From: a virus
Taxonomy: Duplodnaviria; Caudoviricetes
Direction: 5' to 3' (one strand)
Virus record (IMG/VR): IMGVR_UViG_3300047560_002128
Coordinates: 1-37,181 of that record
DNA length: 37,181 nucleotides
Below, in pieces: positions 9,017-19,100 of this stretch. The notes under the pieces were generated by a model. The model was given only the letters and a program-made list of their open reading frames with translations, did no database searches and was not told the origin of the DNA. Every line of letters starts with the position of its first letter. The first letter of the stretch is position 1. The translations under genes and the position numbers were made by a program.

Positions 9017-9181
9017 TTAAATTGATGGCGGCTCAAAGTTTAGCTGCATTTGTAAGTCTTCGGCCATATGAGCTCTTGCATGTTCTAATGTTGCAAACTG
9101 CTCTGTAACTAACTCTTCTTCATTGTCGTAGTATTGAAGTATCCAATTTCCGCTTTCAAATTTTAATTGTCTAAATTTCAT
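9017..9181 (-). CDS. Hypothetical 54-aa protein (MKFRQLKFESGNWILQYYDNEEELVTEQF...)
   Basis: Read manually, below the track cutoff. TAATG stop/start overlap with the upstream LamG gene. Confidence 0.65.
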   Translation of the reverse strand: MKFRQLKFESGNWILQYYDNEEELVTEQFATLEHARAHMAEDLQMQLNFEPPSI

Positions 9182-10305
9182 TATATACCATACCTTGATC
9201 TTTGATTGTTAAAATTTTGTGCAACTTCTGTTGAAGTTAATCCTCGATTGTATATTTTAACAGAGCCTATCTTTTTATAAGTCCACTCAGTTCCATATCC
9301 GTTTCCTATGTTGAGAGTTTGTGCTGTAAAATTATTTGTAAAACCTGACTTGCTTCCCATAAGATTTCCATTAAGATAACAATAAGCAACAGAGGATGCT
9401 CTGGTAAGAACAACATGATTCCATGTATTTGTTGTTAATGTCCACCCTGTTGTAGGATAGGTTGTAAATGCTGAACTATAAAAATAAATGGCTCCATCAC
9501 CGGTGTTGGCTTTTAACCCGAATGTATTTTGATCAGGTAATGCAACCATGTGCGTGTACCCACTAAAGTTAGTAGGATTAATCCAACACTCTACTGTAAA
9601 ATCTCCAGTTCCAAAAGCAAATAAAGACGATGAGGGTGATTGCAATCTTGCATCTACACCGCCATCCCATTGAAATGTATTATCGGAGTTGTATGTTAAA
9701 TTGGAAGCGGTAATTGTATTATTGCCTGTTAAATCTTTAATTGCTTGACTGGTAGACCTAGAAGTACCTGCACCACCCATAAACGGGGTCATAGTGCTGC
9801 CTTTTTCATATTGTACGGCCGTAACATAAATTGTCCCGTCAGTTCCGTATGCGTTAGCAATACTTCCGTAGTTGTTTGTAGAGTTAGTTACTGTATAACT
9901 AACACGAGTCCATACATTCAATGGGATATACCATGCGGTTCCTGCATCCCAAGGATTCCAATGTTGTCCAACACGACAGTAGGTTCCTGCTGTTAGCAGT
10001 ATCCATGCAGAATGCGTATACACACCGCCGTTTACTTGGTCTACGCTTGATGTGTATAAAATATCTAAAGAAGTATCTCCTCCATTGTTGGACTGAATTT
10101 TTGATATTTCATAACCTGTTACAGGAGGTGCGATGGGCGGAGTCACACCGCGGGTGACTGTTGCATTGCCGTCAGTCCAGTTGTAAGTATCATAGTTACA
10201 AGTGTTATTGTTCGGCCTGCCTATCCATGACTTTTGAGTATTGCTCATATCATAGGCAAACACAAGCCCGTTATTGGTAGGCATAGGTCCATTAGAAACG
10301 CTCAT
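9181..10305 (-). CDS. LamG/ConA-like lectin protein with inserted carbohydrate-binding-like domain (paralog 6)
   Basis: GLVFAYD start, FGTGDFTVECWI, WNHVVLTR, YLNG and KIYNRGLTSTEVAQNFN motifs. Confidence 0.85.
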   Translation of the reverse strand: MSVSNGPMPTNNGLVFAYDMSNTQKSWIGRPNNNTCNYDTYNWTDGNATVTRGVTPPIAPPVTGYEISKIQSNNGGDTSLDILYTSSVDQVNGGVYTHSAWILLTAGTYCRVGQHWNPWDAGTAWYIPLNVWTRVSYTVTNSTNNYGSIANAYGTDGTIYVTAVQYEKGSTMTPFMGGAGTSRSTSQAIKDLTGNNTITASNLTYNSDNTFQWDGGVDARLQSPSSSLFAFGTGDFTVECWINPTNFSGYTHMVALPDQNTFGLKANTGDGAIYFYSSAFTTYPTTGWTLTTNTWNHVVLTRASSVAYCYLNGNLMGSKSGFTNNFTAQTLNIGNGYGTEWTYKKIGSVKIYNRGLTSTEVAQNFNNQRSRYGI

Positions 10306-11570
10306 AGTCCAAACCTCCCTCTCGTAGCATTAAAGTTTTGTTTTACCTCATCTGCAGATAATAATCTATTGTATATTCGTGCTATATAATAGTCACCAGC
10401 AATACTAAATCCTGTATTACCTCCCCATCCTTCTCCATAGGGGTAAAGTGTTCCAAAAGACGTTCCGCCTGACTGTGAGCCAGACGAGCCGCCGCTGCCC
10501 GATAGTCCGTGATTAGTTGCCGCCACATAAACTTCACCGTTTTTATAAACACCAAACTGAGTTGCGCTCATCCACCACACCATATGAACTGTTGAGCCTG
10601 TACAAATTGATGAGTAACTTAAACTAGTTCCAGATGCGTTTGCGTGTAATCCAAAATTTCCTGCAGTCATTGTATAGTTATATTGGCCACTACCGTTCCA
10701 TTCTCTACTTACAATATAACCATCGTCAGAAGATTTAAACACTACTTCAATTGACATAACAGCATTTCCGTTTGTGCCATTAGGTGACCATGCACTTGTA
10801 TAGTTTGCATGGTTTGTTCGTATGTATTGATTTGTTCCGTTTAGTGTTATCGCACCAGGAGTAGTGGTTGTACTTTGACTTGCATTAACAATTGACGCAT
10901 GATTATTTGTGCCGCTGATGTCGTTAACCGCTGTTGATACTGTGTTTAATGCTGGCCACTTGCTAGGATGTAGTGCTGTCCAATTACCAGGAGCAATTAA
11001 TACCTTGGCCACATATAATCTATTGTATGTAGCATATTGATACATCCACGAACCTGTGTGAATTTGTGTTGCACTTGCATTGGTTGTAAATAATGATCTG
11101 CTCCAGTACCAATCGTCACCGAGGTGAGTTTCTTGACCGCTGTATCCACCAACCATATGCACGCCGTATTCGGTTAAGTATGTACCACCGTTATATTCAT
11201 AATGGTACATATAGTTAGCACCATAGTGTCTGTTTACACTCTTATATAAGATAGCATAGGTATATTGTGTGCCGCCCGTTACAGGAATACTATTTCCATA
11301 TGTAAAAGGACTTGGACAACAGTTACCAGATCCGCCGTTATAGTCGTTATACATGTCCATGTATGCACTATTGATCCAGCCCACTGTAGGGATGTAGACG
11401 TTTTCTGTTCCAGAAGAAAAATTATATGTTGCAGAAGAGCCTTGCCCTTGTGGTGTTATTTGTGTGGCAATATTTTTTGTTGTAGGGGCAGGAACGCTTT
11501 TAGTGTTATTAGCGTCCATATGGTATATAAGACCATCTTGAACGATCGAAGGATTAGCTGTTACACTCAT
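10302..11570 (-). CDS. LamG/ConA-like lectin protein with inserted domain (paralog 5)
   Basis: IVQDGLIYHMDA start, YKNG and RIYNRLLSADEVKQNFNATRGRFGL motifs. Confidence 0.85.
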   Translation of the reverse strand: MSVTANPSIVQDGLIYHMDANNTKSVPAPTTKNIATQITPQGQGSSATYNFSSGTENVYIPTVGWINSAYMDMYNDYNGGSGNCCPSPFTYGNSIPVTGGTQYTYAILYKSVNRHYGANYMYHYEYNGGTYLTEYGVHMVGGYSGQETHLGDDWYWSRSLFTTNASATQIHTGSWMYQYATYNRLYVAKVLIAPGNWTALHPSKWPALNTVSTAVNDISGTNNHASIVNASQSTTTTPGAITLNGTNQYIRTNHANYTSAWSPNGTNGNAVMSIEVVFKSSDDGYIVSREWNGSGQYNYTMTAGNFGLHANASGTSLSYSSICTGSTVHMVWWMSATQFGVYKNGEVYVAATNHGLSGSGGSSGSQSGGTSFGTLYPYGEGWGGNTGFSIAGDYYIARIYNRLLSADEVKQNFNATRGRFGL

Positions 11571-12289
11571 AGGAATCTCCCCGCAAGCGCATTACTAATA
11601 TTAAGAATTGTTGTATCATCTAGGCCTGTATTGTAGACTGCAAAATACGCCAGCTGACCATTCCAGTTCGATGCAGCGGTGCCGTACTCATCAGTACTAC
11701 CTAGATCTACTGCGGCGGATCCTAGGTTAATATTTCCTGCATAAGTTGAGTTGGTTGTATAACTAGTTCCATTCATAAAAATACTTCTATCATACAATCT
11801 GCTTCTAAATGTCCATATCCTAAAATTACGCATGTCAGAAAGGCCGAACGTATACTGTGTCCTTTGGTCGGCATTACAACAAGTTGATTGGTCGAAGTAC
11901 ATAGTATAGTTAGACCACCCCGGATGTAAGAATATGCCTCTACTAGTAGACGCACTGTTAGAACCGTTAGTATTATAAAACTTAAATGCCCCGTTTGAAT
12001 TATCTGTCTGAGTAGTTGATACCATGAAGATAGTATAACCGGTACCATTGTTAATGCCGAAACTGTTACTTGCAGGACCTTGTGCTCGTGTACCACTTGT
12101 AGAAAAATATGACTTCGCGCCAGATCGTGTAAACTGTGCGCCGTTAGTGCCGTTCCAAGTAAAGTGTCTATTGTTTCCGCTGATGTCGTACCAAGTCGTG
12201 CCTGTTCCAGAGTAGCTCTTGGCATTGCTTGCATCTAATAGTAGTTGCAAGTTTGATCTCTGGATAGGAACGTTATAGTGTACGGTCAT
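11567..12289 (-). CDS. LamG/ConA-like lectin protein (paralog 4, no insert)
   Basis: LQLLLDASNAKSYSGTGTTWYDISGNNRH and WNGQLAYFAVYNTGL motifs. Confidence 0.85.
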   Translation of the reverse strand: MTVHYNVPIQRSNLQLLLDASNAKSYSGTGTTWYDISGNNRHFTWNGTNGAQFTRSGAKSYFSTSGTRAQGPASNSFGINNGTGYTIFMVSTTQTDNSNGAFKFYNTNGSNSASTSRGIFLHPGWSNYTMYFDQSTCCNADQRTQYTFGLSDMRNFRIWTFRSRLYDRSIFMNGTSYTTNSTYAGNINLGSAAVDLGSTDEYGTAASNWNGQLAYFAVYNTGLDDTTILNISNALAGRFL

Positions 12290-12290
12290 A

Positions 12291-12605
12291 TTACCATTTT
12301 CCTAAAGGACAGGATTTGAATTCCATATTCACAAGGATGACTTTAGGACATGCACATTGATTACATGTTCCTCCACCTTCTGGCAGTAATTGGTCACAGC
12401 TATTACAGGTAGAAAGTCTCATTCGTCTAACATCGTCGTCTATAAATGATTCTTCTGTGACAACTGCTTCATTGCCAATCATTATATTGACTACTTGTAG
12501 ATTAGCACCTCGTGCTTCGGCAGCGGCAACTACATCAGGATATAGACCTGCTTTGTAATCTTCTATTGCTAGATGTGCGGTTTCGTAATCTAAATTAGTA
12601 GTCAT
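12291..12605 (-). CDS. Small Cys-rich putative metal-binding protein (copy 3)
   Basis: RLSTCNSC-x10-CNQCAC...SCPLGKW. Confidence 0.8.
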   Translation of the reverse strand: MTTNLDYETAHLAIEDYKAGLYPDVVAAAEARGANLQVVNIMIGNEAVVTEESFIDDDVRRMRLSTCNSCDQLLPEGGGTCNQCACPKVILVNMEFKSCPLGKW

Positions 12606-12611
12606 AATAGT

Positions 12612-12618
12612 TATTTAA
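12612..12618 (-). promoter_or_regulatory. Late promoter TTAAATA, 6 nt before ATG
   Basis: Occupies the largest (14-nt) gap within the lectin array. Confidence 0.55.
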
Positions 12619-12619
12619 G

Positions 12620-13864
12620 TTATACATTGAACCTTGAACGTTGAGCATTGAAACTTTGCAAGACTTCTGCAGAAGTTAATCCTCTATTATAAATTTGTAC
12701 CAACGGAATATTTCCTGTAAATGATCGTGTTGCTGCCGAATCTAAGTGAAAGCCTTTGCCTATTACAACGTTATTAAACACATTAACAAATCCGCTAGGG
12801 TTGCTAGCTTGGTTAGTTACTATTGATCCGTTCAAGTATGTAGAAACTAGTCCCGAACCATCACGAGTTATTACTACATTATACCATGTGTTAGCACTCA
12901 TTCCCGAAGAAATAACAGTAAAATTATCTGCTACAGAATTGTTACCAGTGTTGCCACTCAACACCCATACTAAATTTCCACTACTATTTTGTTCTAGTCG
13001 AGGTCCAATGTTGCCAGTAGTGCCGTTATAACTAAAATTACAGTCTATAGGGTTCCTGTAATTAGATACAGATGTAGAATAAATCCAAACGCTAACTGTG
13101 AACTGACTGAATGACCCTGCTAGGGCGCCACCACTTACATAATTTGTTGAGCCGTCAAAGCTAACAGAAGTACCATCAGAACTGTATGTTAAACTATTTG
13201 CAGTTATAGTATTCTTATTTGTTAAGTCTAATAAACTTTGTGTGTTAGATCTAGTTCCAAATGCATATCCGTAAGGTTGAGATGCGTAGGATGCCTTTGT
13301 CCATTGTAATCCGTGTAGGTATAATTTGCCTGCACTAGTGCTATATCCCCAACTAGGTCCGTCAACAATGATAGCATTAGAGTATGCTTCATTGAATCGT
13401 GTCACGGTATAATTATAGTGCCATTCTCCGTCTGCAATAATGCTACTTCTGTCTGCTAGGATGGTATAATTGTATGCTCTTGACCAATCCGATGTGTAAT
13501 AGCCGCCGACACCAAACCCAGTATTGCCTGCTGGTGCTGTGGTTTTATACCAGTAGCTTGTGGTCCATATGTCGCCAGAAGATCCCGTCCATATGCTGCC
13601 GTAGGTACTTTCCCATCCGTTCCATTGATTTGAAGTTCCAGACTTTTCAAAGCGCCAAGTTTTTGCACCGGGTATAGGACCGTCGTCTTCAGCAGTACCT
13701 GTAATATTTGTATTAGTTCCGCCTACAGTCCATGGATCAAATGGAGACCCGCTGTTCCAGTAGTAATTTGTGAGTGGGCCACCTTTCCAACTTTTTGGAT
13801 TACCTGTATCATATTTGAATACAAGACCGTTTGTGACATCATTTGTTCCGACAAAGATACTCAT
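12620..13864 (-). CDS. LamG/ConA-like lectin protein with inserted domain (paralog 3)
   Basis: VTNGLVFKYD, FTVSVWI, WYNVVITR, YLNG and QIYNRGLTSAEVLQSFN motifs. Start moved to ATG 13864, an ATGA overlap with the upstream small gene. Confidence 0.85.
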   Translation of the reverse strand: MSIFVGTNDVTNGLVFKYDTGNPKSWKGGPLTNYYWNSGSPFDPWTVGGTNTNITGTAEDDGPIPGAKTWRFEKSGTSNQWNGWESTYGSIWTGSSGDIWTTSYWYKTTAPAGNTGFGVGGYYTSDWSRAYNYTILADRSSIIADGEWHYNYTVTRFNEAYSNAIIVDGPSWGYSTSAGKLYLHGLQWTKASYASQPYGYAFGTRSNTQSLLDLTNKNTITANSLTYSSDGTSVSFDGSTNYVSGGALAGSFSQFTVSVWIYSTSVSNYRNPIDCNFSYNGTTGNIGPRLEQNSSGNLVWVLSGNTGNNSVADNFTVISSGMSANTWYNVVITRDGSGLVSTYLNGSIVTNQASNPSGFVNVFNNVVIGKGFHLDSAATRSFTGNIPLVQIYNRGLTSAEVLQSFNAQRSRFNV

Positions 13865-14019
13865 AACCATTTCTCCAACGGACACGAAATATTGTTAGAT
13901 ACCATGACAATAATAGGTTTGTCTTCTTGCTGGCAAGTTGGAACATTGTCTTTTTCGCAGGCGTGTTCGCACTTGCCGCAGATTTCTAATTTTGATGTTT
14001 CGTTAGAAATATCTATCAT
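13861..14019 (-). CDS. Small Cys-rich putative metal-binding protein (copy 2, 52 aa, missed by ORF track)
   Basis: Manual translation MIDISNETSKLEICGKCEHACEKDNVPTCQQEDKPIIVMVSNNISCPLEKWL, with ATGA overlaps at both ends. Confidence 0.8.
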   Translation of the reverse strand: MIDISNETSKLEICGKCEHACEKDNVPTCQQEDKPIIVMVSNNISCPLEKWL

Positions 14020-15236
14020 ACTCCGTACCTTGCCCTTTGAGTGTTAAAATTTTTCTGTATTTCGGTACTAGTTAACGCTCTACTATAAGTTTGTAGTACA
14101 GGTAGGTCGCCTTTTAAGTATGCCGCGTCTCTTGGATTATAGCCAACAAACACAGAAGAGCCTTCACCGAAACTATACCCTACAGGTAGCGTAATAGATT
14201 TAACAGCGGTAGTATCTTTGTACAACACAAGAGATGTTCCGCTTCGAACGGCTACTAAATTATGCCATATACCGTCATTAGGGTTATTGCCAGAAGTGTT
14301 ATCAACTATGCCCCCGTTGTAATATGTAAAATTAAAATCACCGCTTGAGTGAGAAACTTTAAATGCCCATGCCCCGTTTGAAGGAGCGCCTGTGAATCCC
14401 TGTTCCATAATAGCAACATAACTAGCTTGGGTTCCATTGGATTTCCACCAACAGCTAATTGTAAAGTCGCCTGTACCAAATGCACCTACAGAAGAAGGTA
14501 GTGTTAGATAATCGCTGGTACCGTTAAAACTAAATGTACCGTTGCTATTATAGGTTAAGCTATTAGCAGTAATTGAAGTATTTCTTGCCAAGTCAACTAA
14601 TGACTGAGTATTTGATCTTGCACTAGAAGTAAATGCCTGTACATCGTTGGCACTAGAACTGAAAATTACCTGAGGATTTTTATATAAGATATATCCGCTA
14701 CTAGCAAGATATGATCCGCCGCACGACCCTGGATATAAAAACATTGCCTGTGTACCGCCACTTGCGCTTGGGCCAGCACTAAATGTGACTGTTTGCCATA
14801 CACCTCTAGCAGTGTTTGGTGCGCCTGCACTACCACTTAGAGCAGTGCCGCCGTAGTTTTCAAAATTTGCAAGCAGGTTAAGTGTAGGATAATTGGCAGC
14901 ATCTTGACTAATATAATAATCAAATGTCATTGTAGCATATTGGCCGGAGGCTATTGCAGCCGAGCCGCCATGATAGTGACAGCCTGTTCCACCTAAATCG
15001 TATCTGTAGACTACATCGGTTGGTTTAATTTCGTACCCGCCGAACACTCCTGAATATATCCTTCTAAAAGTACCAGTCCCGTTCGTAGGAAAGGATACAT
15101 TACCACTACCGTCTGGTGTGGGCAATGGGTATTGATTAGTAATAGGTTTACCTTTATACGACTTTTGAGTATTATTCATGTCGTAGTAAAAGGAAAGCCC
15201 ATTAGTTACAATAGAAGGAGAACTTGAAAATGCCAT
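14016..15236 (-). CDS. LamG/ConA-like lectin protein with inserted domain (paralog 2)
   Basis: IVTNGLSFYYD, FGTGDFTISCWW, DGIWHNLVAVR and YSRALTSTEIQKNFN motifs. Confidence 0.85.
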   Translation of the reverse strand: MAFSSSPSIVTNGLSFYYDMNNTQKSYKGKPITNQYPLPTPDGSGNVSFPTNGTGTFRRIYSGVFGGYEIKPTDVVYRYDLGGTGCHYHGGSAAIASGQYATMTFDYYISQDAANYPTLNLLANFENYGGTALSGSAGAPNTARGVWQTVTFSAGPSASGGTQAMFLYPGSCGGSYLASSGYILYKNPQVIFSSSANDVQAFTSSARSNTQSLVDLARNTSITANSLTYNSNGTFSFNGTSDYLTLPSSVGAFGTGDFTISCWWKSNGTQASYVAIMEQGFTGAPSNGAWAFKVSHSSGDFNFTYYNGGIVDNTSGNNPNDGIWHNLVAVRSGTSLVLYKDTTAVKSITLPVGYSFGEGSSVFVGYNPRDAAYLKGDLPVLQTYSRALTSTEIQKNFNTQRARYGV

Positions 15237-15425
15237 TTACCATTTTCCTATAGGACACGACTTAAATCTAAAACTGCTCAACATGGATATAGTACAGTTA
15301 CATTCTGTACATTTTGGAACATTTTCGTCGTCTGATCGTCTATCACAATCTACACAAAAGCTAATTCTCTTTTCAGTTTCCTGCTTTGTACAGTTAACAT
15401 CATCTAATTGATCGGTATTGGTCAT
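15237..15425 (-). CDS. Small Cys-rich putative metal-binding protein (copy 1)
   Basis: RISFCVDC-x11-CTECNC...SCPIGKW, with an ATGA overlap with the upstream gene. Confidence 0.8.
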   Translation of the reverse strand: MTNTDQLDDVNCTKQETEKRISFCVDCDRRSDDENVPKCTECNCTISMLSSFRFKSCPIGKW

Positions 15426-16189
15426 TTGAACCTCCCCTTCAATGCATTGTAATTTTGCAAAACCTCGGCAGCACTTAACTGTTTTGTATGTACCATGAGC
15501 GCAGACATGTCTCCATTAAACACTGTTCCGTAACTGTCATTACCGGCACCATAACTGTCACTATTGCATGGTCCCCATTTTGTACAAATGGCTGCAAGCT
15601 GACTGGTCACGCTACCTGTCAATGTCATTGTAGCATCTTGAACACCGTTAATGTACATGACCATATTGGTACCACTTTTAGCAAACGCAATATTTTTCCA
15701 GTTACCATCATTTACGCTAGTAGTACCCATTGCTCCCTGCCATGAAGTTGTATAGTACATATAATACATTTTGCCAGAGTTAAGACCGTATGACTCTCCC
15801 ACAGGCCCGCCATTACAATGACTTAATAATCCCATATCACCAGATGATGTGAATCTTAACCATACACTTACTGAAAATGCAGTTGTTGAGTTAAACGCAC
15901 TAAATTTTCCCCAATTAGTGGTGCCGTTAAAATTCAATGACCCGCCGTTATTATCATACCAATTTGGGGCCCCGGCAGGGCTAGCGGTGTATGTACTGCC
16001 ACCTAAATTATACATAGTTACATCTGTTCCATAACCGCTTAGGTCTTTCCAAACGGCACTAGTCTGTGGTGCTGACAGACTTCGTGCGGCATCTATATAC
16101 AATCGTAGATTAGATGTAACTATTCCGCTAATATTTACAACATCAATAGTTTGTTGAGTTGCATTATTAACCCCGTATACAACAGACAT
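15422..16189 (-). CDS. LamG/ConA-like lectin protein (paralog 1, no insert)
   Basis: IVTSNLRLYIDAA, WKDLSG, FSVSVW, DGNWKNIAF, MYING and LSAAEVLQNYN motifs. Confidence 0.85.
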   Translation of the reverse strand: MSVVYGVNNATQQTIDVVNISGIVTSNLRLYIDAARSLSAPQTSAVWKDLSGYGTDVTMYNLGGSTYTASPAGAPNWYDNNGGSLNFNGTTNWGKFSAFNSTTAFSVSVWLRFTSSGDMGLLSHCNGGPVGESYGLNSGKMYYMYYTTSWQGAMGTTSVNDGNWKNIAFAKSGTNMVMYINGVQDATMTLTGSVTSQLAAICTKWGPCNSDSYGAGNDSYGTVFNGDMSALMVHTKQLSAAEVLQNYNALKGRFK

Positions 16190-16193
16190 TATA

Positions 16194-19100
16194 TTAACCT
16201 TTTGTTATCAAATTTTTAATACTTGCTAACTCCGCCTTTAAGGTATCAATAATTCCCTGTTGCTCTTTTACTGCTTCAATTAATAGAGGAACTAACTTCT
16301 CATATTGAATTGTCTTATAGTCTTCACCTGATTTGCTGTTACCATTTTCGTCAACGTCAAACGGTGCAGGACGAGTAGCTTCTGGTAATATTGCTTCAAC
16401 TTCGTCAGCAAATAAACCAACTAGTTTAGTAGTTCTATCATATCCAAAACTCTCAGCCAATGCGTTCGGAGTATAAGTAATACCATTTAATGATAACACT
16501 TTTGTGACAGCGTTGTCAATAACCTTGACATTTTCTTTTAGTCTACGGTCCGAATAGTATGCAGTAATTTCGTTAGTAGCACGAATTTCACCGGTTGTAC
16601 CACTTGCTACAGTACCAACACCTAAGGACATTAAGTATGTAGAACTGTTAACAGTTAGACCCATGTTAGTTTGGGCTGTACTTGTACTAATTGCAACCTG
16701 GCCGTTATATTGTGCAAGTTTGACTAGACCTGTGTCTAATACTTCGATGCTTGGAATACCAGATACATCGTTAGCACTGAATATTGTTCCAGTAAAGCTG
16801 TCGTTGACGCTGAATAACTGTCCTGCTGTTCCTCTAACTTCAAGTTTGTTTGTTGAAGTTGTACCGTTGCCGCCAATCATAACGTTGCCGGTCATTGGGC
16901 TAATTGCAAAACTGCTGGTTGTGTAAACAGATTCGGCTGTAGCAGTACCGTTATTACTATCAACAAATGCAGGATAGTAAACACCGTTAGCAGTCTGTGC
17001 AACGGTATTAACAGTATATGCATTGCCTGTGATGCTAATTGGCCATGTACCTGTTGCGTTTGCACCACCTGTTGATGGTGCTCCAACTGTGTTATAGCTG
17101 ATTGTTCGAGCGGCACTACCGTTATAGGTAGTTCCACTTGCATCACCAGAACCGCTGTTGTTCATTGTTAATGCATAGGTAACAGCACCAGCTGTAATAC
17201 CACTGGCCGCTGCCCATGTAGGTGCAGTACCATTGCTGGTTAACACATATCCATTGGTACCAATACCTAAGAATGTAGTTGCGTTAGCACCTGATTGATA
17301 TGGCAAGCTACCTGCGGCACCGTTGGCCAAGTTCAATGTAGTAGCCATCAATGTAGCAGTGTTTAGCGTCCATGTCTGTGCAGTAGAACCGTTGTATGCA
17401 CTACCTGTTAAGCCTGCACCAGCAGAGTGGCTTTGTACCACCTGTGTTGCAATGTTCATTAAGGTGCTTGTGTTTAGGGTCCATGTTTGGTTAGCACTAC
17501 CGTTAAATGCTGTTCCACTTAAACCAGTACCTGCGGTCAGTGTGCCAATAGTAGAATATGCTACTGCGGCATTAGATGCTGTTGTTGCACTGCCTGCACT
17601 TAGGCCACTTAATGCGGTCCATGTAGGAGCAGTACCGTTGCTGGTCAACACATATCCGTTAGTACCGATGCTTAAGAATGTAGTTGTATCTGCGGCGCTT
17701 TGATATGGAATACTACCGGCCGCGCCTCCAGCTAAGTTAGCATCTAGGGCGCCTTTAGTTCCTGTAACAACTTCGTTAGTGATAGTTGCATCAGGAATAA
17801 ATGTCATTTTTCCTGTGCTGTTCTTATAACCAAAGAATCCTACTTTTGCCACGGTGCCGTTATGCCACTGGAATGCAATGCCTCGGTCCTTGCCATCATT
17901 AGAAGCAGGGGCTGCTCCGTTGGCTCCGCCACCTATTGTAACGATCGGGTCACCAATGTTTGTTACAGTACTATCTACATAAGTTGTTGTACCTTGTACT
18001 GTTAAGTTTCCTGTGATTGTAACGTTGCCGCCGAATGTCGGACTTGCGGTCCATGTAGGAGCACTTCCGTTACTCATCATCACGGTGTTAGCACTACCGA
18101 TGCTTAGGAAAGTAGTTGCGTTGGCAGCACTCTGATATGGAACACTACCTGCCGCACCACTAGCTAGGTTAACAACTTTAGTCATTAGTGTTGATGTGTC
18201 TAATGACCATGTAACTGCGGCGCTACCGTTATAGCTTGCACCTAGAATACCTGTACCTGTGCTATGGCTATTAGTTAAACTACCAGCTGTTAAACTGCTG
18301 GCTGCTGTCCATGTAGGAGCAGTGCCATTGCTGGTTAGCACATATCCGTTAGCACCAATACCTAAGAATGTAGTTGCGTTAGCACCTGACTGATACGGCA
18401 AGCTACCTGCGGCTCCAGCACGAATGTTTGTACTAACTACTGCATCTTGTACATACATACTAGCAGTACCAGTCCAAGTAGGAGCACCTACATAGTTGGC
18501 CTGTAAGAAATTACCTGTTGTAGCTGTGTTAATAAAAGCAGTTGTATCTACAGCACTTTGATATTGTAGCTGACCAGCAGTACCCCCTCTTTGATGAGTG
18601 GCTAGTACAGCGTTTTGAACATAAATGTTAGCTGTTGTAGTCCAGGCAGGAGCACCGTTAGTTGTTGCTTGCCAGAACTGGCCTGTAGTTCCCGAGCTAG
18701 CAAATGCTGTTGACCCCGGAGCTGTTTGATATGGAATCTGCCATGCTTGTCCACCTGCTAAGTTTGTAGCAGTTGTTGCACTACCTGCACTTAGACCACT
18801 TAATGCGGCCCAGGTAGGCGCAGTACCGTTACTGGTTAATACATATCCATTGGTACCGATACCTAAGAATGTTGTGCTGTCAGCGGCACTTTGATATGGC
18901 AAGCTGCCTGCAACTCCGCCAACAAGGTTAGTGGCCTTAGAGGCTGTTCCAGTTAGTGCGCCAACAAATGTTGTAGCAGTTACGGTACCACTAACATATA
19001 CTCCTCCTGTAACTCCAAATTTTTCACCACTGGTCGTTGGGGAAGCATTACCGTAGCCAATCAATACAGAAGTAGTACCTGAACTAATTTGGAATGGGCT

